DNA from: Octopus vulgaris
Taxonomy: Eukaryota
Length of the DNA stretch: 64,000 bases
Assembly: GCA_951406725.2 (NCBI GenBank)
Contig: OX597840.1
Coordinates: forward strand, 38,564,001 to 38,628,000
Reading direction: 5' to 3'
Every line of letters begins with the position of its first letter. Positions within the stretch are counted from its first letter, which is position 1. Under the pieces are notes generated by a model. That model had not been told where the DNA came from, did no database searches, and worked only from the letters and a program-made list of their open reading frames with translations. The translations under genes were made by a program, and so were the position numbers. Shown one piece after another: positions 28,449-41,506 of the stretch.

Positions 28449-28675
28449 TACTCTTTTACTCTCTTTTACTTGTTTCAGTCATTTGACTGCGGTCATGCTG
28501 CAGCACCGCCTTTTCATCGAGCAACTCGAACCCGGGACTTATTCTTTTGTAAGCCCAGTACTTATTCTATCGGTCTCTTTTGCCGAACCGCGAAGTAACG
28601 GGGACATAAACACACCAGCATCAGTTGTCAAGCAATGCTAGGGGAATAAACACAGACACACAAACACACACACGC

Positions 28676-28722
<47 letters not shown>

Positions 28723-28892
28723 CATATATACGACGGGCTTCTTTCAGTTTCCGTCTACCAAATCCACTCACAAGGCATTGGTCGGCCCGGGACTATAGCA
28801 GAAGACACTTGACCAAGGTGCCACGCAGTGGGACTGAACCTGGAACCATGTGGTTGGTAAACAAGCTACTTACCACACAGCCACTCCTGCGC
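28449..28892 (-). mobile_element. SINE family B, full length
   Basis: Colinear with 9721-10141; expanded internal (TA)n. Confidence 0.9.
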
Positions 28893-29621
28893 TATATTAC
28901 TATCTACTTAACAACTTATGTCTCATAACATGATCGAGGAAGTTGTAGGATGATAAAGAGAGGCTATTATGCAAAGATTAAAATGAAAGAAAAAAATACC
29001 CACGAAACAAAAGCATTCCAGGAACCACATTTGGACATCCAAGATAAAAGTAACGGTTGTTGAGCAGTAGCTCAATCCTCCATCTCACAGCTTTTTCCCA
29101 GTCTTCAGCCGTACTCTCTTTGCTGGCTCGTTTAATAGAATGATGCTGGCCATTCCTATCAATCTCTCAGATATTTATTGATAGGTAGCGCTTCAATTTC
29201 CACCTGCCTTTCTTTTTCCTGTCAAAAGTTTAAAGACATTGTGAGGCCTGCAACAAACATGATGGAGTCAGTCATTTTCCTTTCCAGCCTCCTCCTATGC
29301 AAACCAGATTTAACCAAGGTCATCGTAGAGCGCTGAAATATGGTATGATGATTATACCAGTGGACTCAGCTGATCGCTGCAGCCAATCTGCACGTGATGC
29401 ATAACGCCACGTCACAGCAATATCCAAACTTAGGATCAGTGTACCTAGAACATATCCGTTTCCCTGGATGCATCTAAGATATGCACAGACTTTTCATATC
29501 TGAAAACTTTATCACCAACCCCTAGGCTCTTTCGTAATACTTCCATGTTTGGATGATTGTATTTTTTCCCCTTCTGAATGCGTTATGTGGTTTATTGATA
29601 TAAATCGCTTGCACACTATAT

Positions 29622-30006
29622 GGGAAGCACTCCGTCGGTTGCGACGACGAGGGTTCCGGTTGATCCGATCTTCGGAACAGCCTGCTCGTGAAATTAACGT
29701 GTAAGTGGCTGAGCACTCCACAGACACGTGTACCCTTAACGTAGTTCTCGGGGATATTCAGCGTGACACAGAGAGTGACAAGGCCGGCCCTTTGAAATAC
29801 AGGTACAACAGAAACAGGAAGTAAGAGTGAGAGAAAGTTGTGGTGAAAGAGTACAGCAGGGATCACCACCACCCCTTGCCGGAGCCTTGTGGAGCTTTAG
29901 GTGTTTTTCGCTCAATAAACACTCACAACGCCCGGTCTGGGAATCGAAACCGCGATCCTATGACCGCGAGTCCGCTGCCCTAACCACTGGGCCATTGCGC
30001 CTCCAC
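29622..30006 (-). mobile_element. SINE family A with tail type 2, full length
   Basis: Reverse complement of 22058-22443; TSD TGCACACTATAT / TGTACACTATAT (29610-29621, 30007-30018). Confidence 0.92.
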
Positions 30007-30484
30007 TGTACACTATATACACACGCATAGAATAACTTATAGACACATTCCCGTATCTGACACGAATGCATTATCTCTCTTCTTCCCAACTTTTCAAATT
30101 CTGCATTAATGACATCTGCTCCTCAGAGATGCACAATACAATGGCAACTCAATCTGGTCCTCACGATAGACATTCGTCTTTCCACTTCCAATTACTCATT
30201 TCCCTTTCTATATATAATACTCCGCATTAAACATTGCGGCCAGTCATTCCGTCCTTCCTTCTCACCTATTATTTTCCTGCAGCTGTTTACAAGTATTTCA
30301 GAGAAGCATTAAAAGCATCATTTACACTGCTCTGGCAGAGCCAGCAGATTTCAGGAGCGATAATGTAACGTATGTGTCAACACACGCGTGCGCCTCTGCA
30401 CGATAGTTTCCGGTACAATTGTCTTAGAAGAGACAATGAATCGGAAATATATAGAAAACATCGTGATATATAATATTTGTATAC

Positions 30485-30608
30485 AGACCGATAGAATAAT
30501 TACTGGGCTTACAAAGAATAAGTCCCGGGGTCAATTTGCTCGACTAAAGGCGGTGCTCCAGCATGGCCGCAGTCAAATGACTGAAACAAGTAAAAGAGTA
30601 AAAGAGTA
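30485..30608 (+). mobile_element. SINE family B 3' fragment
   Basis: AGACCGATAGAATAA...GAAACAAGTAAAAGAGTAAAAGAGTA. Confidence 0.88.
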
Positions 30609-30657
30609 TACCTGCATACATACATTTATGATTATAAAAGATATTTTTTATATATAA

Positions 30658-30924
30658 CCTTGTGAGTGGATTTGGTACACGGAAACTGAAAGAAGCCTGT
30701 CGTATATGTATGTGTGTGTATGTGTGTGTGCATGTTTCTGTTTCTCCACCCAACATCACTTGACAACCGATGCTGGTGTCTTTACGTCCCCTAAACTTAG
30801 CGATTCGGCAATAGAGACCGATAGAATAAGTACTAGGCTTACAAAGAATAAGACCTCGACTAAAGGCGGTGCTCCAGCGTGGCCACAGTCAAATGACTGA
30901 AACAAGTAAAAGAGTAAAAGAGTA
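30658..30924 (+). mobile_element. SINE family B, 5'-truncated
   Basis: CCTTGTGAGTGGATTTGGTA to the (GAGTAAAA) tail; short internal deletion near 30855. Confidence 0.88.
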
Positions 30925-30967
30925 TATATATATATATATAAATATAAATATAAATTTATATATATAC

Positions 30968-31059
<92 letters not shown>

Positions 31060-31332
31060 TTTGTACTTTATATCGGTCTTCGTATATTTGTATAAATGGG
31101 GTTCGTCGTACTTTATACTAAAGTGGTCTTTTGAGTGTGTATTCCGGTTTAAAAACCAAAAAGCATAAACTTATTGCTTCAAGTATTTCGATGAAATTCT
31201 ATTGTTGAACATTTCCCAATATTTTGGTGTATATTTGGCGTATATTATATTTAGAGGACTATGTTTAGCCACACATACATTTATGAGTCTCCTACATAAG
31301 TATAAACATATCCAAATACACACACACAAACA

Positions 31333-31381
<49 letters not shown>

Positions 31382-31706
31382 ATTCATATACACACACTAA
31401 CTCCCACACACTCACCCACACACAAGTCTACATATATCGCTAAGGTGTTTCAAAAAGGAAAAATACAACTTAAATTATGAGTATAAGCATATTTTTATTA
31501 TTATTTATATATGTATATATTTGTGTGTTTGTAATATAATATGCTATATATAGATGTTTATACATTTATAATATAATATAATATAATATATATATGTATA
31601 TGCATATATAATATAATATATATATGTATATGCATATATATGTATATATGTATTATTTATATTATTATATGATTGAACGCCACGCATCCCTTTCGAAGTA
31701 AGATTT

Positions 31707-31742
<36 letters not shown>

Positions 31743-32001
31743 CAATTAAGAACAACTACTTAATAAGGAAAACTTAACAAGAAATTGTCAGGATAGCGTG
31801 AAAACCTCATAAGAGAATAAATTTCGAAAATAATTATTTCTTATTGAACATACTAATTTATATATAGAGGGCATTATACATACATGCCAGCGGGCATTAT
31901 ACATACATGCCACACGCTAAGAGGGACAATTAGTCATTTCTACCAAAAATATTACTAATCCCACCGAGTGCAATTTTTCAAAGTAAGACATTTAAAAATA
32001 T

Positions 32002-32049
32002 AGACCTGTATCACAGTGATTTCATACTTACGTACTCATCAGCAGGCCT
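32002..32049 (-). ncRNA. Type I hammerhead ribozyme H1, copy 1
   Basis: Reverse complement of AGGCCTG-CTGATGA-GTAC-GTAA-GTAT-GAAA-TCACTGTGA-TA/CAGGTCT. Confidence 0.88.
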
Positions 32050-32480
32050 GAATGTATCATACATAAACAAACGACCCTGCCCCGCTTAAGTCGATCAGCT
32101 AACTGATCAACATCAACGAAGCACATGGGTGAGTTTACATATATTACATCCTGTAAATGGCATACTTTTACGAATTGCATTTCGGGAGAGGAAAAGTTTT
32201 TTCGGAATAAAAATTTAGCAATTAAGGACAACTACTTAATAAGGAAAACTTAACAAGAAATTGTCAGGTAGATAGCGTGAAAACCTCATAAGAGAATAAA
32301 TTTCGAAAATAATTATTTCTTATTGAACATATTAATTTATATATAGAGGGCATTATACATACATGCCAGCGGGCATTATACATACATGCCACACGCTAAG
32401 AGGGACAATTAGTCATTTCTACCAAAAATATTACTAATCCCACCGAGTGCAATTTTTCAAAGTAAGACATTTAAAAATAT

Positions 32481-32528
32481 AGACCTGTATCACAGTGATT
32501 TCATACTTACGTACTCATCAGCAGGCCT
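32481..32528 (-). ncRNA. Type I hammerhead ribozyme H1, copy 2
   Basis: Identical motif 479 bp from copy 1. Confidence 0.88.
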
Positions 32529-32953
32529 GAATGTATCATACATAAACAAACGACCCTGCCCCGGTCGTGAAATGACTAATTGGTAGAAATGACTAATTGT
32601 CCCTCTTAGCGTGTGGCATGTATGTATAATGCCCGCTGGCATGTATGTATAATGCCCTCTATATATAAATTAATATGTTCAATAAGAAATAATTATTTTC
32701 GAAATTTATTCTCTTATGAGGTTTTCACGCTATCTACCTGACAATTTCTTGTTAAGTTTTCCTTATTAAGTAGTTGTCCTTAATTGCTAAATTTTTATTC
32801 CGAAAAACTTTTCCTCTCCCGAAATGCAATTCGTAAAAGTATGCCATTTACAGGATGTAATATATGTAAACTCACCCATGTGCTTCGTTGATGTTGATCA
32901 GTTAGCTGATCGACTTAAGCGGGCAGGGTCGTTTGTTTATGTATGATACATTC

Positions 32954-33001
32954 AGGCCTGCTGATGAGTACGTAAGTATGAAATCACTGTGATACAGGTC
33001 T
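32954..33001 (+). ncRNA. Type I hammerhead ribozyme H1, copy 3
   Basis: Helix I AGGCCTG/CAGGTCT (7 bp, one G-U), core CTGATGA, helix II GTAC/GTAT with GUAA tetraloop, GAAA, helix III ATCAC-T-GTGAT. Predicted cut after A32994. Confidence 0.9.
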
Positions 33002-33432
33002 ATATTTTTAAATGTCTTACTTTGAAAAATTGCACTCGGTGGGATTAGTAATATTTTTGGTAGAAATGACTAATTGTCCATCTTAGCGTGTGGCATGTAT
33101 GTATAATGCCCGCTGGCATGTATGTATAATGCCCTCTATATATAAATTAATATGTTCAATAAGAAATAATTATTTTCGAAATTTATTCTCTTATGAGGTT
33201 TTCACGCTATCTACCTGACAATTTCTTGTTAAGTTTTCCTTATTAATTAGTTGTCCTTAATTGCTAAATTTTTATTCCGAAAAAACTTTTCCTCTCCCGA
33301 AATGCAATTCGTAAAAGTATGCCATTTACAGGATGTTAAATATGTAAACTCACCCATGTGCTTCGTTGATGTTGATCAGTTAGCTGATCGACTTAAGCGG
33401 GGCAGGGTCGTTTGTTTATGTATGATACATTC

Positions 33433-33480
33433 AGGCCTGCTGATGAGTACGTAAGTATGAAATCACTGTGATACAGGTCT
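33433..33480 (+). ncRNA. Type I hammerhead ribozyme H1, copy 4
   Basis: Identical motif; predicted cut after A33473, 479 nt from copy 3. Confidence 0.9.
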
Positions 33481-33612
33481 ATATTTTTAAATGTCTTACT
33501 TTGAAAAATTGCACTCGGTGGGATTAGTAATATTTTTGGTAGAAATGACTAATTGTCCCTCTTAGCGTGTGGTATGTATGTATAATGCCCGCTGGCATGT
33601 ATGTATAATGCC

Positions 33613-33708
<96 letters not shown>

Positions 33709-33766
33709 TTTGTATATATAAAGATATAAATATATATATATCTACATACATACACATATGTATATG

Positions 33767-33862
<96 letters not shown>

Positions 33863-34527
33863 CATATATATACATTCCTGATTTATGTATTGAAGCTTAT
33901 ATAAACATACGTTTGATGTGTCGATGAATCGATGCGTCCGTTTCTCCTCTCCACAAACGTTTCTCTGTCAATGTATGTGTGTATGTGTGGTGAATGTTAG
34001 GACATTCGCTAAGATTCACATTCTCAGCTGTTATGAAAAAAAAAAAGTCGAATACAGCAGCCTCATAACCGGCACTTTGAGATATTTCCACCAATTTAGA
34101 ATTTCAGGTTTTCTTTTGAAAGTCTCGAAAGAGTCTTTCGTAATGTTCTATCTTTGATAGAAAAAGACTTCAGAAATAGCATTTTGGAAGAAACGACTAA
34201 TTATTCTATTCAATCTGCCAACAAATCACGATAAAGGAATTACAACAATAAATAGTTTTAGAAAATCATATTTAGCTTCAATAAAAAAAATGGAAGTTCT
34301 TTATTGGATTTAACACCGAAATATCTTCAATTTACTTATTATTTATCTTTATTTTATTTCATTTCCTCCTTGTGAATTAGGTGTAGCCACCGTCTAACTC
34401 CCCCAGTTTCTCCCTCTCCCCTTGTCTCTCTCTTACTCTCTCTCTCTCTCTGTCTGTATGTCAGTATGTCTATCTCTCTCTCTCTCTGTCTCTCTCTCTC
34501 TATATATATATATATACGCCTAAATTC

Positions 34528-34558
<31 letters not shown>

Positions 34559-34601
34559 AATATATATGTGTGTGTGTATGTGTGTTCGATGAATTTAGGC
34601 T

Positions 34602-34640
<39 letters not shown>

Positions 34641-34654
34641 GAGCCTAAATTCAT

Positions 34655-34709
<55 letters not shown>

Positions 34710-34805
34710 CATATATATACATATATGCTATTCATTATTATTATCATCTTCTCATCATATCCCTCTTATCCATCTTATTCTTATTATTCTTATTAACAAC
34801 ACCAT

Positions 34806-35008
34806 CAATAATAATGATAACAATAATAATAATAATAATAAGAAGAAGAATAATGATGATGATGATGAAAATGATAATAATAATAATAATAATGATAATA
34901 ATAATTGTAATAATAATAATAATAATATTAATAATAATAATAATAATGATAATAATAATTGTAATAATAATAATGATAATAATAATAATAATAATTATAA
35001 TAATAATA

Positions 35009-35039
<31 letters not shown>

Positions 35040-35073
35040 TAATAATGATGATGATAATATTAATAATAATAAT

Positions 35074-35156
<83 letters not shown>

Positions 35157-35210
35157 TGATGATGATGATGATTATAGCAATAATATTAATAATATTAATA
35201 TTAATAGTAA
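34806..35210. repeat. (AAT)n/(GAT)n microsatellite
   Basis: Direct inspection. Confidence 0.95.
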
Positions 35211-35669
35211 TCTGTTCACTGGGGTAAATATGGTGGATTGTCGAATTCCGTCGAGTGTCAAAGTAACTTGAACGGTATATAATTAGGTGTATTTACGCGT
35301 AGAGTACGAATCACCGTCAGTGGGTTTCGGGGGAAGTGGGAGACAGTGATCGATAACAGAATTTCCCTTGAATTGGAATAAAATATTTCTTTGATTAGAT
35401 CGATTTATTCGACAACAATTAAAAAAAAAATGTAGGTTGTAGGTAATTCAATTACTGGGAAAACCATTCAGTGGAATCCTATTTAGCCAGCGATAGTCTT
35501 TCCGTGAGAAAAAAATAAAACATCCTCACCTACATGCTTACCTACTTTTGTATACTCGCATGTACACACAGGTACATACAACGACACAGACACGCACTAG
35601 ACATACTACATACACATACAGACACATATATACACGTCTCTCTCTCTCTCTTTCTCTCTTTACATATAC

Positions 35670-35805
<136 letters not shown>

Positions 35806-35962
35806 TATAGCAATAATGAAGGGTTTAGCTACAAGTTACTTAACCACATACCGAAAAAAACTACTTGGTGAAATTTATTAATTAATTTTATAAATGTTTT
35901 ACCCTATATCTATAATGATTATATATATATATATATATATATATAATGATTATATATATATA

Positions 35963-36461
35963 CCAGCAGTATCGCCCGGCGTTGCTCGTGTTTGTAAGGG
36001 AAATAACTATATAAGCATTTTTAGAGAGTTACTTCCTTTATAGATGCCAATTCGGGCTTTCTTGGCCATTTCTGTTTTGGTGTCTTCAAGCCATGAAGTC
36101 GTTGTTCTAAAAGAACGCTGGTCTCCTTGACAACGCTTTACGACGTTGATTTCCTTACAATCCCTTCCCCACAGCTTCACGAGGGAGGGAAGAAGGGGGA
36201 GAAGCAAACACAGGTGCAGGTGTGACCATGGACGCCAACTCCGCCGCCATCGACACACGAAAAAGTATGCATTAAAATGGAATAAAAAATGATGTTAAAT
36301 TTTTTTTTAAATCGTAGACTCATCGTCGACGCGCGCTAATACCCAGAAGGGCTTGATATGAATCACGACTATAAGATACCCGAATTTGGTTAAACTGCAC
36401 CGCAAAATGTGGGAGTAGTTAGGAATCTAAATCGAAGGGGACAGACACTCACACAACTACA

Positions 36462-36475
<14 letters not shown>
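35963..36475 (-). mobile_element. Non-autonomous Helitron-like element
   Basis: Minus-strand 3' end CGAGCAACGCCGGGCGATACTG-CTGG|T (CTRR) resembles the 14518 element end. 5' end TATATAAAACTGTAGTTGTG lies inside (TA)n. Confidence 0.7.
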
Positions 36476-36503
<28 letters not shown>

Positions 36504-36517
36504 GATATAATATTATA

Positions 36518-36597
<80 letters not shown>

Positions 36598-37127
36598 TAT
36601 ATCTGTGTGTGTGTGTAGGCATATATGTCCGTATAAATTTATAACTATTGGCATAGATATTAGTATGTGTATGTGTATACCCAACACACACACACACACA
36701 CAATCTTATCCTTACTCTAAAGTATTTGCGTTTCTGATAATTCTAATAATTCCTTTGTCTCTTTTAGTACTACCGTTAACTGGGAAGCCTAATTTAGGCA
36801 GGGAACACCTGTCTTCACAATTCACATGTCATAATTTTTGTGTTTGTTGTTTTTGATTCCGTAATCGACGCGCTCAAGCAGTTGTGCAGCGGATGAGAAT
36901 ATTTGGTGGCGTATTTCGCAGATTTGTTTTGATTCTTCTTAGTATCCTTAGTATCGAAACAAAGCAGGTGAATTAATACGTAGCTCTGCCGGTGGCTTAT
37001 TAGTTATAATATACACGATGGAGATACTGTTACTCAGTGATCCGTAGTGGTCTACAACTTTCAGCCAATATTTAATGACTGTAGTTTCAATGACGTTCTC
37101 TTCGACTTTCAGTGTTTATAATGTTGA

Positions 37128-37530
37128 AAGGCGACGAGCTGGCAGAATCGATAGCACGCCGGGCAGAATGCTTGGCGGTATTTCGTCTGTCTTTACGTTC
37201 AGAGTTCAAATTCCGCCGACGTCGACTTTGCCTTTCATCCTTTCGGGGTCGATAAATTAAGCACCAGTTACGCACTGGTGTCGATGTAATCGACTTAATA
37301 CCTATGTTTGTCCTTGTTTGTCCACTCTATGTTTAGCACCTTGTGGGTAATAAAGAAATAGGTATTTCGTCTGTCTTTACGTTCTCAGTTCAAATTCCGC
37401 CAAGGTCGATTTTGCTTTTGATCCTTTTCGGGTCGAAAAATTAAGTACCAGTTGCGTACTGAGGTCGATCTATTCGACTGGCCCCTCTCGAAACATTTCG
37501 GGCCTTGTTCCTAGAGTAGAAAAGAATATT
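37128..37530 (+). mobile_element. SINE family C, tandem dimer (184-bp module repeated; tails C1 then C2)
   Basis: GGTATTTCGTCTGTCTTTACG recurs at 37177 and 37361. Confidence 0.88.
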
Positions 37531-37542
37531 TATAATTTCGAT

Positions 37543-37760
37543 GAGGTGGCGAGCTGGCAGAATCGTTAACAGGCCGGGCAAAACGCTTACCATCATTTAG
37601 TCTGTCTTTACGTTCTGAGTTCAAATTCCGCCGAAGTCGACTTGCATTTCTTCATTTCAGGGCCGATAAAAAAATAACCAGTCGAACTGCGGGGTTGATG
37701 TAATCGATTGTGCTCTTCTCATAAATCGCTCGCCTTCTGCCAAGATTAAAAATCGATATT
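37543..37760 (+). mobile_element. SINE family C, older copy with tail C2
   Basis: GGTGGCGAGCTGGCAGAATCGTTA head and GAGTTCAAATTCCGCC; a further fragment lies at 37805-37900. Confidence 0.8.
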
Positions 37761-38320
37761 TATGAAGTTGATATTTTGCCTAGGTCTATTTTTGCGATGA
37801 TAATTTTTGGGGTCGATAAAATAAATAGCAGTCGATAAAATAAATGGAGTCGATGTAATCGACTTAGCTCTTGCCGAAATTGCTGCCATTGTGCTTAAAA
37901 CTGATGATGTTGATCTCACGTGTCATAGTCAAGATCTCACAAACACATCTCATAGTGAACGCACGCAACTCTGTTTTCATCTTCTACGAGGAGTACAAGC
38001 CTCGCGCTACGTATAAATAGCGTAATGGCGAAATAACATGCATTCAGTTTAAATATTCCGTAAGCAGCCTGTAACACACGAACCTAATGATCAGCATACT
38101 TCTCAAAGTCACTTTGTACAGAGACGAGGCTTCCAACGTAGAAGAAAGGAAGTACATGTTCCAGGATACGTTAGGGTTAATAAATATGATATATACAAAC
38201 TCTGTACGCGGAGTGGGATATGAATCTAACTCTTCAGGTCGACTTTCAAGTCTGATACAAGTGTCTTAACTTATTTATAATTTATCTTTCCTAAAATGTA
38301 TGTTGTATCAAAGCATAAAA

Positions 38321-38740
38321 AGGTTGCGAGATGCCGGAAACGTTAGCACGCCGGACGAAATGCTTTGCGGTTTTTCGTTTGCCGCTACGTTCTGAGTTCA
38401 AATTCCGTCGATGTCGACTCTACCTTTCATTCTTTCGGGGTCTATTAAATAAGTACCAGTTACGCACTAGGGTCGATGTAATCGGCTTAATCCGTTTGTC
38501 TGTCCTTGTTTGTCCCCTCTATGTTTAGCCCCTTGTGGGTAGTAAAGAAATAGGGATTTCGTCTGCCGTTACGTTCTGAGTTCAAATTCCGCCGAGGTCG
38601 ACTTTGCCTTTCATCCTTTCGGGGTCGATTAAATAGGTACCAGTTACGCACTGAGGTCGATATAATCGGCTTAATCCGTTTATCTGTCCTTGTTTGTCCG
38701 CTCTGTGTTTAGCCCCTTGTGGGTAGTAAAGTAATAGGTA
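38321..38740 (+). mobile_element. SINE family C, tandem dimer
   Basis: Module starts at 38369 and 38553, with the beginning of a third (GGTA) at 38737; period 184. Confidence 0.88.
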
Positions 38741-39222
38741 TATTATAATAATATATATTGTAACTCTTTGCGAACCACTAAATTACGGGGAACTTAAATA
38801 AACCAATCGAGATTGTCAAGCGTTGGTAGGAAACAAATATATGCACAAAGCTACACGGGATTGGCTATGACATACGCCATGTCAATCATCTGGCTGGAAC
38901 CCACGTCAGAGCAAGAATATGTGGTTTTAATCTTGCTTAAACACGTATCTATAAACGCCAATCTATAAATGCCAATTTACCTCAATCCACACATCATGGC
39001 GACTTCTATTACAGCGATATATATTCAGCGGTAGCATGCCAAACGTCAACATTTCGCCCAATACACCGATTTAATTTGTTTCCCGATGAAGCAGTTAATG
39101 ACGTTATAAATAGGTACAAATTTTAGTCTATTTACTGGTGTTAGCTGTGAAACTATCAGAGATTTCAGAACAAACAGTTCATTAGTTTTACTAGTAATCC
39201 GTGACCCTATCACCATTAATAT

Positions 39223-40110
<888 letters not shown>

Positions 40111-40784
40111 ATTCTCATTGTCTCCAACACCGCCGCCACCGCCACCGCATCCGTCTTTATCATAATATCTTTCATTAATACTAATTAGGAACTCCATTGA
40201 TTTGTATTCGATACGCAACGTGTTAACACTTTGAACTAAAAGCATGCACGTCAGGTTTCCAATAGCACGCGATATGAGCCAATTAGGTAACTGCCAGTTG
40301 CTAGTTCGACCAGCCAGAAATAGTACCAAAATCTCAATAAAACCTAGAGATTCTGCATTATCGAATAACGGATTCATTCAACATTGTATTCCAAAATCGT
40401 TTCTATCGAGCAAAAAAAGTGTATGAACTGAATTGGAATATATTTGGTTCTAAATGTGTTCTTCCTTTCACGAAGAGATTCTGACGGAGATTTGACTACA
40501 GTTTTTAGAAAAATGAACCCATCTCACAAAAATTTTTTGCTAGCGCAAATGAAGTTTTTTTTTTCAATTCCGAATCATTCAAAGTGATTGTTCTTTTAAA
40601 GCTTACTTAATTTAATCCTTTGAGGATTCTCATCATCAAACTATGTGTCACCATTTTCGTATTCTACGTAACATCTCACTTTAGTATTTATTACAATGAA
40701 CACATAATGGATGCGGAATAGTTACATATTACCTATCTATCCATCTAACTCTCTATATCCCTGTTTGTCTGTCTGTCTATCTAT

Positions 40785-40827
<43 letters not shown>

Positions 40828-41389
40828 ATTATCATACTATCTATCTACAAACACACACACACACATGCACACATATATAAAATGTTGAATGGAAAGAGGT
40901 TGCTGTTTCATAGAAATGTATTTTAGACAAGCGTACACCGGTTTAGCTCCATACCTATTCATATACTATGAATTTCATTAATTTGTGTTAGTATTAGTGT
41001 TAACACTTATTCAGTTTCAGTTGTCGTTGTTGATGTTTTCATCCACGCAATATACAACGGAATTTTAATAACATAACATAAGGAAAAGGGAAAGTTTGAG
41101 CACATAAAAAATCAATTTACTTGTATAATAATCAATATCATATCGCCTACGTACGTTTCAATGTCTTTCCTTCATTCATATTTTGCAATCAAAATTGCAT
41201 TATGCAATTAAAAGGTAGAAGAAATCTCTTCAGGGCAAAAATTGGCAAATATTCGGTCACATCCTAATGGATGACGAGTTGCTTACAGACCGAGATAGCA
41301 GCATGGTTTTTGTGCTTGTCTGTGTGAGCATGTTTGTATATATATATATATATATGAGATAGATATATATATGTATGTATGTATGTACG

Positions 41390-41421
<32 letters not shown>

Positions 41422-41450
41422 TGTATGTATGTATGTATGTATGTATCTAA

Positions 41451-41506
<56 letters not shown>

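Larger units (their letters stand above)
31741..33616. mobile_element. Fold-back tandem array of 479-bp hammerhead-bearing units (family H1; retrozyme / Penelope pseudo-LTR-like)
   Basis: Left arm 31741-32563 (about 1.7 units, minus sense) and right arm 32581-33616 (about 2.2 units, plus sense). Units are nearly identical and both ends abut (TA)n. Confidence 0.9.

Noticed and set aside
29040-29500. Moderately GC-rich block that may be a decayed LINE (also 12180-12600 and 46420-46600)
   Set aside because: No motif I can identify with confidence by manual translation
32028-33454. Identical 67-aa ORFs MSLIAKFLFRK... in the H1 units
   Set aside because: Non-ATG start, frameshifted in the 32775-32975 copy and no recognisable domain; identity reflects the repeat only
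31741-33616. CRISPR-like or satellite interpretation of the tandem arrays
   Set aside because: No unique spacers, eukaryotic context and only about 2 units per arm
38140-38245. Minus-strand CTGAAGA-GTTAG...CTAAC
   Set aside because: GAAA does not follow the putative helix II; chance match
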